Positions 1 to 10,091 are shown, numbered from the stretch's first letter. The stretch is 64,000 nucleotides of DNA from Paludibacteraceae bacterium (GCA_045598805.1 JAZLMS010000055.1:25086-89085); one strand, 5' to 3'. Numbers and translations: made by a program. The notes: a model not told the origin generated them from the letters alone.

Positions 1-458
1 GTTCAGACGGCACTTTGGCGAATGCCAATCGAGGCGGCAAACCCGGAGAAGTGGGAGAGGACGGATATGTACGCACTAAGTTCCCTTGGTCACTGTCTAT
101 CAGTTACACAATGAACTACGGCGATAAGGCGCATACCAAAGACAACTTTGATGAGAGAAGAATGCAATACAAGATGGGACTGACCCACACCCTCAATTTC
201 TCGGGTTCGTTAGGATTAGGTGATGGATGGAAAGTGACGGGTTCGGCAAGCTACGACTTTAAGTATAAGAAACTCAGTTCGGCATCGTTTAATGTGGTAC
301 GCGACCTACACTGTTGGACGATGACGTGCAGTTTTGTACCTTTTGGTGTGTATAAGAGTTATAATTTTCACATCGGTGTCAACGCCAGTATGCTTGCCGA
401 CTTGAAATATGATAAGAGCAGTGCCGATGCTACACAGAAGTTGATAAATTGGTGGTAA
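1..458 (+). CDS. 3' end of a gene whose 5' end lies outside the window; C-terminal ~150 aa of a conserved, probably outer-membrane, protein
   Basis: Frame 3 is open from the window edge; the tracked start at 15 is TTG. Beta-strand-like alternating pattern and aromatic C-terminus (...KLINWW). Confidence 0.45.
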   Translation, partial: SDGTLANANRGGKPGEVGEDGYVRTKFPWSLSISYTMNYGDKAHTKDNFDERRMQYKMGLTHTLNFSGSLGLGDGWKVTGSASYDFKYKKLSSASFNVVRDLHCWTMTCSFVPFGVYKSYNFHIGVNASMLADLKYDKSSADATQKLINWW

Positions 459-486
459 TATATATTTTGAATTAAAGTATAAAGTT

Positions 487-1089
487 ATGAAAATAGAATC
501 AGAAAAAGTAGTTACGTTGACGTACGAGATGTACATTAACGGAGAGAACGGAAGTGAAGAACTGATAGAACGTGCCACGGAGCAACGTCCGCTCGTTTAT
601 TGTCATGGAGAGAAAATGATGTTGCCCGCCTTTGAGGAAGCCCTCGCAGGTAAAGAGAAAGGCGATAGTTTTGATTTCCGTATCGACCACCAACACGCTT
701 ATGGTGAATACGATGAGAATGGCGTTATGGAACTGGATAAACAACTCTTTTTCAATGGCGACGGAGAGTTTGACAGTGAACGCGTATATGTAGGAAATGT
801 TATTCCTATGAACACTGTGGACGGACAGATTGTTAATGCTGTTGTGATTGCGATAAGTGAGAATAAGGTTACGATTGACCTTAATCATCCCTTCGCAGGA
901 GAAGATTTGCACTTTGTAGGTAAGATTATCGACGTGCGTGAGGCAGACGAGAAAGAGCTTGACGCTATCCGTCACCCACACCATTGTGGTACGTGTCATG
1001 GCCATTGCGATGATTGCGGTTCTGAATGCGGTGATAATTGTCAAGATGAAAATCACCATTGTGGAGGCGATTGTAAACATAAACACTAA
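487..1089 (+). CDS. slyD: FKBP-type peptidyl-prolyl isomerase, SlyD-like, with Cys/His-rich C-terminal tail
   Basis: SlyD-like layout: VVTLTYEMY N-terminus, insert-in-flap region, NHPFAGEDLHFVGKIIDVREA. Tail is HPHHCGTCHGHCDDCGSECGDNCQDENHHCGGDCKHKH. Confidence 0.8.
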   Translation: MKIESEKVVTLTYEMYINGENGSEELIERATEQRPLVYCHGEKMMLPAFEEALAGKEKGDSFDFRIDHQHAYGEYDENGVMELDKQLFFNGDGEFDSERVYVGNVIPMNTVDGQIVNAVVIAISENKVTIDLNHPFAGEDLHFVGKIIDVREADEKELDAIRHPHHCGTCHGHCDDCGSECGDNCQDENHHCGGDCKHKH

Positions 1090-1107
1090 AAAATAACTAA
1101 TAAAACT

Positions 1108-2421
1108 ATGCCAAATATTGTAGCCATAGTGGGGCGTCCCAATGTTGGGAAATCGACCCTTTTTAACAGGCTGACGCGTACACGTCGGGCCATAGTAATG
1201 GACACAGCCGGAACTACACGTGACCGCCAATACGGAAAAGCCGATTGGTGCGGACACGACTTCTCGGTGATAGACACCGGAGGTTGGGTAGTTAATTCAG
1301 ATGATACGTTTGAGAGCGAGATCAATCGCCAAGTGAATCTCGCTATTAAAGAGGCTGACGTGGTGATGCTCGTGGTTGATGTTAATCAAGGCGTGACTGA
1401 GTTTGATACGGAAGTGGCTCACCTACTCCGCCAAGCCAAGAAACCAACAGTCCTTGCCGTAAACAAAGTTGATACGTTTGAGCAACAGTACGGTGCACCG
1501 GAGTTTTATAAACTGGGTTTAGGCGAACCCTTCATCATCAGTGCTGGGAACGGATTAGGAACAGGCGACCTTCTCGACGAAGTAGTATCGCGTTTCAAAC
1601 CCGAAGGCATAGCAGAGGATACGGAAGAGTTGCCCCGTTTTGCTATTGTGGGCAGGCCAAATGCCGGTAAGTCGTCTATACTGAACGCTTTTATCGGTGA
1701 GGATAGAACAATCGTAACGGATATACCGGGAACCACTCGTGATAGCATATATACTCGCTATAATAAGTTTGGCAAGGACTTTTATCTTGTAGATACTGCC
1801 GGTATTCGCAAGAAAGCCAAGGTCAATGAGGACTTAGAGTATTACTCAATAGTGCGCTCAATTCGTGCCATTGAGAATAGCGATGTATGTATCCTTATGA
1901 TTGATGCTACACGCGGTATTGAGGCACAAGACCTCAATATCTATTCCCTTGTCCAAAAGAACAAGAAAGGACTCGTTGTATGCATCAACAAATGGGATCT
2001 TGTAGAGGATAAATCGGATAAAGCGATTAAAAGTTATGAAGCCGCTATCCGTGATCGTATCGCTCCGTTTACCGATTTTCCCATTATCTTTACTTCGGCA
2101 CTTACTAAGCAACGTATTTATAAAGTGATGGAAACGGCTTTGCACGTATATGAGAATAAACAAAAGAAAATACCTACGGCACAACTGAATGATAAGTTCT
2201 TACCGCTCATAGAGAACTATCCACCACCGGCAACCAAGGGCAAGTATATTAAAATCAAGTATTGCACACAGTTACCAAACACGCAAGTGCCCACATTTGT
2301 TTTCTTTGCTAACTTGCCGCAGTACGTGAAGGAACCCTATCGCCGTTTCCTTGAGAATAAACTGCGCGAGTGGTGGGACTTTAACGGCACACCTGTGCAA
2401 CTCTTTATAAGAGCTAAATAG
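1108..2421 (+). CDS. der: ribosome-assembly GTPase Der (EngA)
   Basis: Two tandem G domains ([20 protein letters not shown] and [20 protein letters not shown]) plus a KH-like C-terminus. ATG at 1108. Confidence 0.95.
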   Translation: MPNIVAIVGRPNVGKSTLFNRLTRTRRAIVMDTAGTTRDRQYGKADWCGHDFSVIDTGGWVVNSDDTFESEINRQVNLAIKEADVVMLVVDVNQGVTEFDTEVAHLLRQAKKPTVLAVNKVDTFEQQYGAPEFYKLGLGEPFIISAGNGLGTGDLLDEVVSRFKPEGIAEDTEELPRFAIVGRPNAGKSSILNAFIGEDRTIVTDIPGTTRDSIYTRYNKFGKDFYLVDTAGIRKKAKVNEDLEYYSIVRSIRAIENSDVCILMIDATRGIEAQDLNIYSLVQKNKKGLVVCINKWDLVEDKSDKAIKSYEAAIRDRIAPFTDFPIIFTSALTKQRIYKVMETALHVYENKQKKIPTAQLNDKFLPLIENYPPPATKGKYIKIKYCTQLPNTQVPTFVFFANLPQYVKEPYRRFLENKLREWWDFNGTPVQLFIRAK

Positions 2422-2423
2422 AA

Positions 2424-2454
2424 TTAGACAAACTAGACCAACTAGAAAAACTAG
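2424..2454. repeat. 9-bp periodic (C)TAG repeat filling the spacer between der and the next gene
   Basis: CTAG at 2433, 2442 and 2451, with a degenerate TTAG at 2424. All TAGs are in frame with the der stop (2419-2421). Contains the 11-mer TAGGACAACTA (2452-2462). Confidence 0.85.
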
Positions 2455-2464
2455 GACAACTATA

Positions 2465-2998
2465 ATGAAGATTATTGGATTTATAGAAATTGACGGAAGG
2501 ATTGAGATGGTGCTCAAGGGCGACTCGGCGATGTTGGTGAACCGCAAACCATTCTTCATTCCGGATGGGACGAACGACATCGGCTACTCCGATTGTATCG
2601 TGCTGCGTGTATCCCGTTTAGGAAAGAACATTGCCACTAAATTTGCTGACCGCTATTGGGATGCGTGGACTTATGGTTTAGACTTTTGCGCTAAAGACTG
2701 GTTTGACCAAGCGCAAGAACGAGAAGGCAGTTGGGTAGAAGCCATCGCTTTCGACAACTCCCTTGCCATGGGTCAGTTTGTAGATAAAGAGCGTGAGGCA
2801 CGCTCCCTACCCATCGATTCCTCTACTCCCCTACTCCCCATTGCAGAAGCCATCCACTGGGCATCCCGCGTGATGACTATCCGTCAAGGGGATTATATCT
2901 ATATCCAACTCAAACAACCTTTTGTGCCTATACACAAAGAAGAGGTCATAACACGAACGATTGATAATAACGAAGTATTATATTGCAAAATCAAATGA
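2465..2998 (+). CDS. hypothetical protein (weak resemblance to the fumarylacetoacetate-hydrolase fold)
   Basis: 177-aa ORF with ATG start. Its TGA overlaps the porU ATG (ATGA at 2995-2998). The NRKPFFIPDG...DCIVLRVSRLGK segment is loosely FAH-like; product not secure. Confidence 0.5.
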   Translation: MKIIGFIEIDGRIEMVLKGDSAMLVNRKPFFIPDGTNDIGYSDCIVLRVSRLGKNIATKFADRYWDAWTYGLDFCAKDWFDQAQEREGSWVEAIAFDNSLAMGQFVDKEREARSLPIDSSTPLLPIAEAIHWASRVMTIRQGDYIYIQLKQPFVPIHKEEVITRTIDNNEVLYCKIK

Positions 2999-5900
2999 AA
3001 CGACTCATCCTACTTATTGTCTCAGTAATGCTGCTCTTGCCGCTGAATAGTCAGTCCCGCCTCAAGGACGGTCAGTGGGTTAAGATTGCGGTCAACGAGA
3101 GTGGCATTTATTGCCTTACCTATAACCAACTTCGCAAGTGGGGATTGAATCCTGCCGCTACGCACGTGTACGGATACGGCGGAGCTATGCTCAATCAGAA
3201 TCTTAATCAGCCGGCGATAGACGACCTTCCTCAGGTAGGTTGCTTACGACTGAATGACTGTATTCTATTCTACGGACAAGGTTCGTTCAGTTGGTCTTAT
3301 AAGGGACTGCATTTTGAGCACGAACGCAATCCTTATTCGGATAAGGGATATTACTTCCTTAGCGATAAACCAACTTCGGAGCCGGATATCGAAACCGCCG
3401 AACCTATCGTTGCGGATAATGCTACCAAGGTTCAAACCTTCATGGACTTGCAAGTGCACGACAAGGATATCATTAACCTTGTGGACGTAGGCGGTGTAGA
3501 AGGCGGCGGGCGCGTATGGTACGGAGAGCAGTTAGTCAATAACAAAGCGCAGAGTTTTAACTTCCCATTCACAGATATTATGGGAAGCGAAATCTATGTC
3601 AGTACAATGGTCGCCGGCATATCCAGCGCAATAGGAACTACACGGATTGCATTAGGAGACAACTCTTTCACATTGACTACGCAGCCTACAGGAGATATGT
3701 ACGAGAAAGCCACAACTGCTAAATTAGGTAAGAATCTTGCGCCCATCGGTTCCGGAAAACAAACGATTAACGTAACCTACTCTTCCTCCGTGACTACAGC
3801 AGTTGGTTACCTTAACTACATTGAAGTGCAAGCCGAGTGCGCCCTCGCCATGCAAGGAAATGCGTTCTGCTTCCGATCACCCACGAACTATACGGAATCA
3901 CAGCTCAACCAATACCATTTATCCAAAGTACCTAATGGTACAATTATTCTTGATATAACTTACTTAGATAGTATTCGTCTTATTCCTACACAGCCCCTCG
4001 GTAACGAACTTGTTTTTGTAGGTAGCAACGAGGACATGGTGCATGAGTATATAGCGATTAACCCTAACGGACAAGACTGGTTAGAGGTCGAATATATCGG
4101 CAAGGTTGACAATCAGAACCTCCATAACTTGCAAAGTATTCAGTATGTCATTATCACGCCCAAAGAGTTTATTGAGCCGTCTGAACAACTCGCCAGAGCA
4201 CACGAAGGCGATCCTTATTGGAAAGGTAATCCCATCACGTGGGCGGTAGTAACGGACGAACAGGTCTATAACGAATTCTCTTCCGGCACGCCCGATGCAA
4301 CGGCTTACAGACGATTCATGAAGATGCTTTATGACCGAGCTAAAGCAGACTCATCCATTCTCAGTCCACGCTGGCTTTTGCTGATGGGTGACGGAACGTT
4401 CGATAACCGCAAGTTACTCAATCAGTCGGGTCCGAACAAACTGCTCACTTACCAAACAATTAATTCCACTACAGAGACATTAGCGGAGTCTAACGATGGT
4501 TACTTTGGGTGTCTGGATAATGTAACCTATTCGAACGACGCCTCTGTCAAAATGCAGATTGGTGTAGGCCGTTTACCCGTCTCCACCAAAGAGGAGGCAC
4601 AAGCTATGGTTGATAAGATAGAGAGATACATCTTTGACGACACGCCTAATGGTTGGCGGCGCGAGTTACTCTTTATGGCGGATAACTACGACACCTATGC
4701 ACATATTGAGTGCGCAGACAAGCCTGCTGTCATCATTGAGAATATGTCACCCTCGTATTTGGTGCATAAGATATATCTGGATATCTATCCCAAACAAGTC
4801 AGTTCGACCTCGGAGCGTTGTCCCGTAGCCAAGACGCAGTTTGATAATCTGCTGCTATCAGGTGTTGCTATGCTCAATTACTCTGGTCATGGTGGATATA
4901 ACGCTATCACGAGCGAGGCTATGATGGATATTAACTCCATCAAAACGATGACTAACCCAAACCTTGCCTTGTGGTTCTTCGCTACGTGCAGTTTTGCGCA
5001 TTTCGATTCCGGTAAGCGTTGCGCCGCAGAGGAAGCCGTTCTCAACAAGAACGGAGGTGCGATAGCGGTTATTTCCGCATGCCGAACCGTTTATGCTTCT
5101 TGGAATATGGAACTCAATAAATCCTTCTGCAAAGAACTCTTTGCTCACGAGGACGATTATCATTACGACGTGACCATCGGCGAAGCCTTGGCGTGGGCGA
5201 AGAACCAGCATATAGGTAATACCAATAAACTGGCATATCACTTGCTTGGCGATCCCGCCTTACGGCTTCATTATCCCGATGACGTAACCGTTCATACGAC
5301 AGCCAAACAAGACACAACCCGCGCGCTGGATGTAAATACCATTCAAGGTGTGATAGCGGACGGAGAGAATGATACGTTATCCTCTTTTAACGGTATTGTA
5401 GATATAGTGGTTTATGATAAGCCACAAACCGTTACCGCTAAGGTAGGAAACGGCACTTATACCTTTAGGGATTATCCTAATATCCTTTTCCGCGGTACAG
5501 CAGAAGCCAAAGACGGTTGTTTCGAATATACGTTTATGACTCCTAAAGATATCCGCTATAACTATGACAAAGGACGTATCGTTTATTTTGCTTATGATGA
5601 AGAAAACGATAAAGAAGGTATTGGTTATGATAATAGTCTAACCATCGGCGGCACCAATACAATAGAGATAGTAGATAACGAAGGACCTACTATTGATATG
5701 TATTTAGAGAACACCTTCCGCGACTCAACCCAATCAACTTATGCCGAACCGCGATTCTATGCTTCTCTCTATGATGAACATGGCATCAACACAGTAGGTA
5801 GTGGTATTGGTCATGACCTTTACCTTATCGTAGATGATGAGACGACGATGGCATATAATCTCAATACTTATTTTGCTGCAGACCAAGGTAGTTATCAAAG

Positions 5901-6315
5901 CGGTAAGATTAGTTATCGTCTCCCGCCTTTAGAGGACGGTTCGCATAGTTTGCGTTTTAAGGCATGGGACTTAATGAATAACTCTTCCGCACAAACGCTT
6001 AATTTCTCCGTCAGTGCCACCACAAGTCCAACCTTATATAGAATCATTGCCTACCCCAATCCCGCACGCTTGTCTGAGACACTGACGCTCCACCTTGAGC
6101 ATGACCAAGAGGACGAAGTGTTGCAAACGGAGATTAGTATATATGATTTTGCAGGAAGACGTTTGTATTTGAGTCATCAAACGGATGCCTACGACGTACA
6201 AATACCGATGAGCCAAGTGGCAATTTCGACTGGTGTATATATTTATAAAGTAATCATAAAATCCTCAACGAACGGCTCTTCTACCCTATCGGGTAAGATT
6301 TTGGTCGTTCCCTAA
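2995..6315 (+). CDS. porU: type IX secretion C-terminal signal peptidase/sortase PorU (C25 gingipain-like)
   Basis: 1106 aa from ATG 2995 (tracked start 2983 is TTG). Signal peptide MKRLILLIVSVMLLLPLNSQS. His/Cys catalytic-like motifs NYSGHGG and FFATCSFAHFD. C-terminal CTD-like beta-sandwich (YPNPA...GVYIYKV). Lies directly upstream of porV. Confidence 0.85.
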   Translation: MKRLILLIVSVMLLLPLNSQSRLKDGQWVKIAVNESGIYCLTYNQLRKWGLNPAATHVYGYGGAMLNQNLNQPAIDDLPQVGCLRLNDCILFYGQGSFSWSYKGLHFEHERNPYSDKGYYFLSDKPTSEPDIETAEPIVADNATKVQTFMDLQVHDKDIINLVDVGGVEGGGRVWYGEQLVNNKAQSFNFPFTDIMGSEIYVSTMVAGISSAIGTTRIALGDNSFTLTTQPTGDMYEKATTAKLGKNLAPIGSGKQTINVTYSSSVTTAVGYLNYIEVQAECALAMQGNAFCFRSPTNYTESQLNQYHLSKVPNGTIILDITYLDSIRLIPTQPLGNELVFVGSNEDMVHEYIAINPNGQDWLEVEYIGKVDNQNLHNLQSIQYVIITPKEFIEPSEQLARAHEGDPYWKGNPITWAVVTDEQVYNEFSSGTPDATAYRRFMKMLYDRAKADSSILSPRWLLLMGDGTFDNRKLLNQSGPNKLLTYQTINSTTETLAESNDGYFGCLDNVTYSNDASVKMQIGVGRLPVSTKEEAQAMVDKIERYIFDDTPNGWRRELLFMADNYDTYAHIECADKPAVIIENMSPSYLVHKIYLDIYPKQVSSTSERCPVAKTQFDNLLLSGVAMLNYSGHGGYNAITSEAMMDINSIKTMTNPNLALWFFATCSFAHFDSGKRCAAEEAVLNKNGGAIAVISACRTVYASWNMELNKSFCKELFAHEDDYHYDVTIGEALAWAKNQHIGNTNKLAYHLLGDPALRLHYPDDVTVHTTAKQDTTRALDVNTIQGVIADGENDTLSSFNGIVDIVVYDKPQTVTAKVGNGTYTFRDYPNILFRGTAEAKDGCFEYTFMTPKDIRYNYDKGRIVYFAYDEENDKEGIGYDNSLTIGGTNTIEIVDNEGPTIDMYLENTFRDSTQSTYAEPRFYASLYDEHGINTVGSGIGHDLYLIVDDETTMAYNLNTYFAADQGSYQSGKISYRLPPLEDGSHSLRFKAWDLMNNSSAQTLNFSVSATTSPTLYRIIAYPNPARLSETLTLHLEHDQEDEVLQTEISIYDFAGRRLYLSHQTDAYDVQIPMSQVAISTGVYIYKVIIKSSTNGSSTLSGKILVVP

Positions 6316-6405
6316 AAACAAGAACAATTGCCTATGAAACAAATCTAAGTTCGTATAAATTAAACATTAATCAATAAACATTTAACATTAATTATTATTT
6401 TATTT

Positions 6406-7638
6406 ATGAAAAAGATTCTTTTATCCGCAACGGCTTTGCTTATGTTTACCGTTGCCAGCTTTGGTCAAACAAGCGATTACATGAACCCCGTCATCACGGC
6501 TATGCCGGCACTTAACATTGCTCCCGATGCTCGTGCAGCAGGTATGGGTGATATAGGTGTTAGTACCAATCCCGACCTCAACTCGCAGCGTTGGAATCCT
6601 GCTAAGTATGCCTATATGGAAAGTCATGGCGGTATCACCGGCAACTACACGCCTTGGTTGCGTAAATTAGTTGGCGATATTGATTTGGCTTACCTTAGTG
6701 GTTACTACAAATGGGATGACGTACAAGGTATTGGTGCTTCGTTCACGTACTTCAGTTATGGTGAAGTGTTTATTCAACAAGCAGGAGCGGCTGAACCCGA
6801 TTTATCCAGCTCTGTTCGTCCAAACGAGTGGTCTCTTGATGTATCGTACTATCGTAAGTTACATGAATATGTCAGTATGGCAGTTGCTCTCCGTTTCCTC
6901 TATTCGGATATCAATAACGGACACAACCAATCAACTCAAGGAGGTAATGATCTTTATCCCGCATGGACGATGGCGGCTGACATTGCGCTCTATTATAAAC
7001 AACCCATTGAGATTGGTACAGGAACGTCCTATTTCAACCTCGGTTTCAGTCTGAATAACCTCGGTGGTAAAATGACGTGGGATAAGAGCCACTACAACTA
7101 TATCCCAGTTAATTTCCGCATTGGTGCAACTTACGAGATTCCTTTCGATAAGTACAACTCTCTCAGTCTCTCGGTTGAAGCCACTAAACTAATGGTTCCA
7201 ACTAAATACTACTCCAACCTCGGTCCTAACTTTGACCCTGTCAATCGTATGCATGGAGAAACGGATACGTGGACCCTCACCGAGGACGACTACAACGACC
7301 TCCCTTATATCAAGAGTCTGTTCCAATCATTCTGCGATGCTCCAGCAGAAAAGGGATATAATGTGTTAGAGGAATTCAACGAGGTTGTTTGGGGTGCCGG
7401 TATTGAATACACCTATAACCACCAGTTCTTTGCTCGTGCCGGTTATAGCCACGAGCATCCTACCAAAGGTAACCGTCGTCTCTTTGAAGTTGGTGCAGGT
7501 TTCCACCTCAGCATCGTTAATTTCGATGTATCTTATACAATTGCTACCGCTTCCACTAATCCGCTCAATAACACCATGCGCTTTACCTTAGGTTTCGACT
7601 TAGCCGGAATCAAAGACCTGGTGAATAATAAAAAATAA
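6406..7638 (+). CDS. porV: T9SS outer-membrane shuttle protein PorV (LptO), FadL-like beta-barrel
   Basis: 410 aa with a signal peptide. PDARAAGMGDIGVST motif near the N-terminus and a beta-barrel-like periodic sequence. Canonical position downstream of porU. Confidence 0.8.
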   Translation: MKKILLSATALLMFTVASFGQTSDYMNPVITAMPALNIAPDARAAGMGDIGVSTNPDLNSQRWNPAKYAYMESHGGITGNYTPWLRKLVGDIDLAYLSGYYKWDDVQGIGASFTYFSYGEVFIQQAGAAEPDLSSSVRPNEWSLDVSYYRKLHEYVSMAVALRFLYSDINNGHNQSTQGGNDLYPAWTMAADIALYYKQPIEIGTGTSYFNLGFSLNNLGGKMTWDKSHYNYIPVNFRIGATYEIPFDKYNSLSLSVEATKLMVPTKYYSNLGPNFDPVNRMHGETDTWTLTEDDYNDLPYIKSLFQSFCDAPAEKGYNVLEEFNEVVWGAGIEYTYNHQFFARAGYSHEHPTKGNRRLFEVGAGFHLSIVNFDVSYTIATASTNPLNNTMRFTLGFDLAGIKDLVNNKK

Positions 7639-8111
7639 TGATGAGAATAGGATTAGGTTATGATGTTCACCCCTTTGCCCCTGGCCGTACACTATGGCTC
7701 GGGGGCATAGAGGTACCGTATGAACAAGGCTTACAAGGTCATTCGGACGCGGATGTACTTATTCATGCACTATGCGATGCTATTCTTGGTGCTGCTGCGC
7801 TACGCGATATAGGTTATCATTTCCCCGATACAGATGGAAACGAATATACCAATATCGACTCGAAGATACTTCTTCGCCGTGTCATGGAGATGATTCGTGC
7901 CAAAGGCTATGAAGTAGGCAACTGTGACTGTACCATATGCGCTCAAGTGCCTAAACTCAGTCCTCATATTGAGGCGATGAGACAGTGTTTAGCTCAAGTG
8001 ATGGGTGTGGATGTGAATCAAGTCAGTATTAAAGCCACTACCACCGAGCACCTTGGTTTCGTTGGACGCAAAGAAGGCATCGCCGCCCAAGCAGTTGCTT
8101 TATTACTCTAA
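7638..8111 (+). CDS. ispF: 2-C-methyl-D-erythritol 2,4-cyclodiphosphate synthase
   Basis: RIGLGYDVHPF...GHSDADVLIHALCDAILGA motifs. The ATG overlaps the porV TAA by 1 nt. Confidence 0.95.
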   Translation: MMRIGLGYDVHPFAPGRTLWLGGIEVPYEQGLQGHSDADVLIHALCDAILGAAALRDIGYHFPDTDGNEYTNIDSKILLRRVMEMIRAKGYEVGNCDCTICAQVPKLSPHIEAMRQCLAQVMGVDVNQVSIKATTTEHLGFVGRKEGIAAQAVALLL

Positions 8112-8131
8112 ACTATAAAACTATACGGCTT

Positions 8132-8158
8132 CTCTAAACTCTAAACTCTAAACTAAAC
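8132..8158. repeat. heptamer tandem repeat (CTAAACT)n in the ispF-aroK spacer
   Basis: Sequence ctctaaact ctaaact ctaaact aaac. TAA at 8135, 8142 and 8149 falls in all three frames. G-free, and ends 1 nt before the aroK ATG. Confidence 0.9.
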
Positions 8159-8159
8159 A

Positions 8160-8702
8160 ATGTCCATTATTTATCTCATCGGCTACATGGCTGCCGGAAA
8201 AACGACGGCAGGTAAGTTAGCAGCGGACGCCTTGGGCTGGCGATTCGCTGACTTAGACCAAGCTTTCCAAGTTATTCATGGTTACACTCCTGCGGAGTAT
8301 ATACGTGCTAATGGTATTGAGGCTTTCCGAAAGAAAGAGAAGTACGTACTTGAGGACTTGGCAGACATGGGAATAGAGAAAGTGATTTACGCCACCGGAG
8401 GAGGCTATCCTTGTTGGGAAAATAACATGGAGTGTCTTCATGAGTTGGGAACCAGTATCTATCTACGCTGGAAAGCGGAAGACCTTGCTTCTCGTTTGAT
8501 GCTGACCGACCTCAGTGAGCGCCCTGTCTTGCAAGGTAAGACCAAAGAAGAACTATTAGCTTTCATCAAACCTCAATTAGAAGCGCGCGAAGCGTTTTAT
8601 TTACAAGCCGATTATGTTATTGAGGCTCCCGGGTTTGTGCAGGAAGCAGACCTAATATTAGCAGAACAGATATGTCAATTAATCAAATCCAAGACGAAAT
8701 AA
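8160..8702 (+). CDS. aroK: shikimate kinase
   Basis: P-loop IYLIGYMAAGKTTAGK; size and layout typical of AroK. Confidence 0.85.
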   Translation: MSIIYLIGYMAAGKTTAGKLAADALGWRFADLDQAFQVIHGYTPAEYIRANGIEAFRKKEKYVLEDLADMGIEKVIYATGGGYPCWENNMECLHELGTSIYLRWKAEDLASRLMLTDLSERPVLQGKTKEELLAFIKPQLEAREAFYLQADYVIEAPGFVQEADLILAEQICQLIKSKTK

Positions 8703-9088
8703 TAGAAGAGTTTTCAGCCTTTGAAGACTGGTTGGATAAGTATTCGCTTATCATTGAGTATGGCAATGGTTTAGAACCAATGGCAGAGAGTGATAAGACG
8801 GAGCGCAACCTCATTGACGGTTGCCAATCGAAAGTATGGTTTACGGCTGAGATGCAAGATGGTAAAGTCATTTATCATGGTGACTCGGACGCTATCTTAG
8901 TGAAGGGCATTGTAGCCCTGCTTATACGCGTATTAAGTAATCAAACGCCCGCTGATATAGCGAGCGCTGATTTGTATTTTTTAGATGATATACAATTACG
9001 GGAGCACTTATCTCCTACGCGTAGCAACGGTTTAGTAGCGATGCTCAAGCAAATGAAACTTTTTGCCCTTACCTACTCTAACCTCTAA
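8672..9088 (+). CDS. sufE: SufE-like sulfur acceptor protein
   Basis: SufE signature region (DKYSLIIEYG...LIDGCQSKVWF). Overlaps aroK by 31 nt. Its stop codon lies inside a CTCTAAAC-type repeat. Confidence 0.8.
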   Translation: MSINQIQDEIIEEFSAFEDWLDKYSLIIEYGNGLEPMAESDKTERNLIDGCQSKVWFTAEMQDGKVIYHGDSDAILVKGIVALLIRVLSNQTPADIASADLYFLDDIQLREHLSPTRSNGLVAMLKQMKLFALTYSNL

Positions 9089-9110
9089 ACTCTCCACTCT
9101 AAACTCTATC

Positions 9111-9431
9111 CTACTCCTCTACTCTCTTATTATTATCTTCCCAAACGAGGGTATCGTTCTTAAAGTAGGCATAGGGAAGTTGACTATCTACGGTTGGCTT
9201 CACCTCATGAAGTCGTTGCCACCCCTTATTATATACATACGCGCGCGAGTTACATTGGGGTACACAAGCGGTTTGAACGACGAGGAACGAGTCGGGATAG
9301 GTCACCACTTCCACGTAGCAACTATCAGCCAAACGGATACGTGCATAGGTATCCGTTTCCACTTCAGCAACGGGACTGCCATTGAGTGCCGTCACCGCTA
9401 ATATTAGTTCAGAAACTATATCAATTAACAT
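9111..9431 (-). CDS. hypothetical protein
   Basis: 106-aa ORF with ATG start, 3 nt downstream of the ftsE stop (operon position). No recognisable motif. Confidence 0.4.
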   Translation of the reverse strand: MLIDIVSELILAVTALNGSPVAEVETDTYARIRLADSCYVEVVTYPDSFLVVQTACVPQCNSRAYVYNKGWQRLHEVKPTVDSQLPYAYFKNDTLVWEDNNKRVEE

Positions 9432-9434
9432 TTA

Positions 9435-10091
9435 TCAGCGTATCGTTCCGTTTTCGAACAATAGTTTGCGTCCCGGGTAATTCTCCAACCATTGCGGATT
9501 ATGTGTTGAAATAATCACGGCAATGCCGGCTTTACTGATAGTGTATAGCAAATCCATTATCCCTTTTCCTGTCTCGGGGTCGAGGTTTCCGGTAGGTTCA
9601 TCGGCTAAGATCAGTTCGGGGCTATTGAGCAACGCACGTGCAATAACCACACGTTGTTGTTCTCCTCCGGATAGTTGGTTAGGAAGTTTATAGCCTTTAG
9701 TCTCAAGATTTACTTGAGTCAAGACATCGTGAATATGCTCATCCATCAGTTTCTTATCCTTCCATCCTGTAGCACGAAGAACGAAACGTAGGTTATCTTC
9801 AACCGTCATTTCGGGAATGAGTTGATAGTCTTGGAAGACGATTCCCATTCGACGACGCAGATAAGGCAGTTTACGATGAGAGATGATTGTCATATCGTAG
9901 TCAAGTACTCGTGCTTCACCTGAAGCGATAGGCAAGGCGCCATAAAGGGACTTTAAGAAAGTCGATTTACCGGCGCCTACCTTTCCCCACAAATAGACCA
10001 ACTCGCCCGATTCAACGGTTAAGTTGATATTGCGTAGGACCACTTGTTCGGCTTGGTCCAGTTCTACGTTATTATACTCAATCAGCAGCAT
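9435..10091 (-). CDS. ftsE: FtsE-like ABC ATPase (cell-division type, no membrane domain)
   Basis: Walker [10 protein letters not shown], signature LSGGEQQR, Walker [12 protein letters not shown]; 218 aa. Confidence 0.75.
   Translation of the reverse strand: MLLIEYNNVELDQAEQVVLRNINLTVESGELVYLWGKVGAGKSTFLKSLYGALPIASGEARVLDYDMTIISHRKLPYLRRRMGIVFQDYQLIPEMTVEDNLRFVLRATGWKDKKLMDEHIHDVLTQVNLETKGYKLPNQLSGGEQQRVVIARALLNSPELILADEPTGNLDPETGKGIMDLLYTISKAGIAVIISTHNPQWLENYPGRKLLFENGTIR

Noticed and set aside
499-1257. Long antisense ORFs opposite well-supported genes. Examples: 499-1257(-), 11632-12213(-), 24345-24968(+), 26437-26943(+), 47051-47593(-), 50538-51008(-), 54735-55535(-), 18049-18501(+), 14113-14535(+)
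   Set aside because: Each lies fully or mostly inside a longer ORF with clear family motifs on the other strand, and the translations have no recognisable motifs. These are typical shadow ORFs.
2983-2994. Tracked N-terminal extensions starting at TTG or GTG (porU 2983, dnaA 39632, meaB 45631, DUF1573 44483, amidase 41820, giant gene 22716)
   Set aside because: I checked the codons by hand and they are TTG. In each case a downstream ATG gives a canonical N-terminus (a signal peptide or a conserved start) and fits stop/start overlaps or a -7 box. Only the giant gene's TTG remains a possible low-level start.
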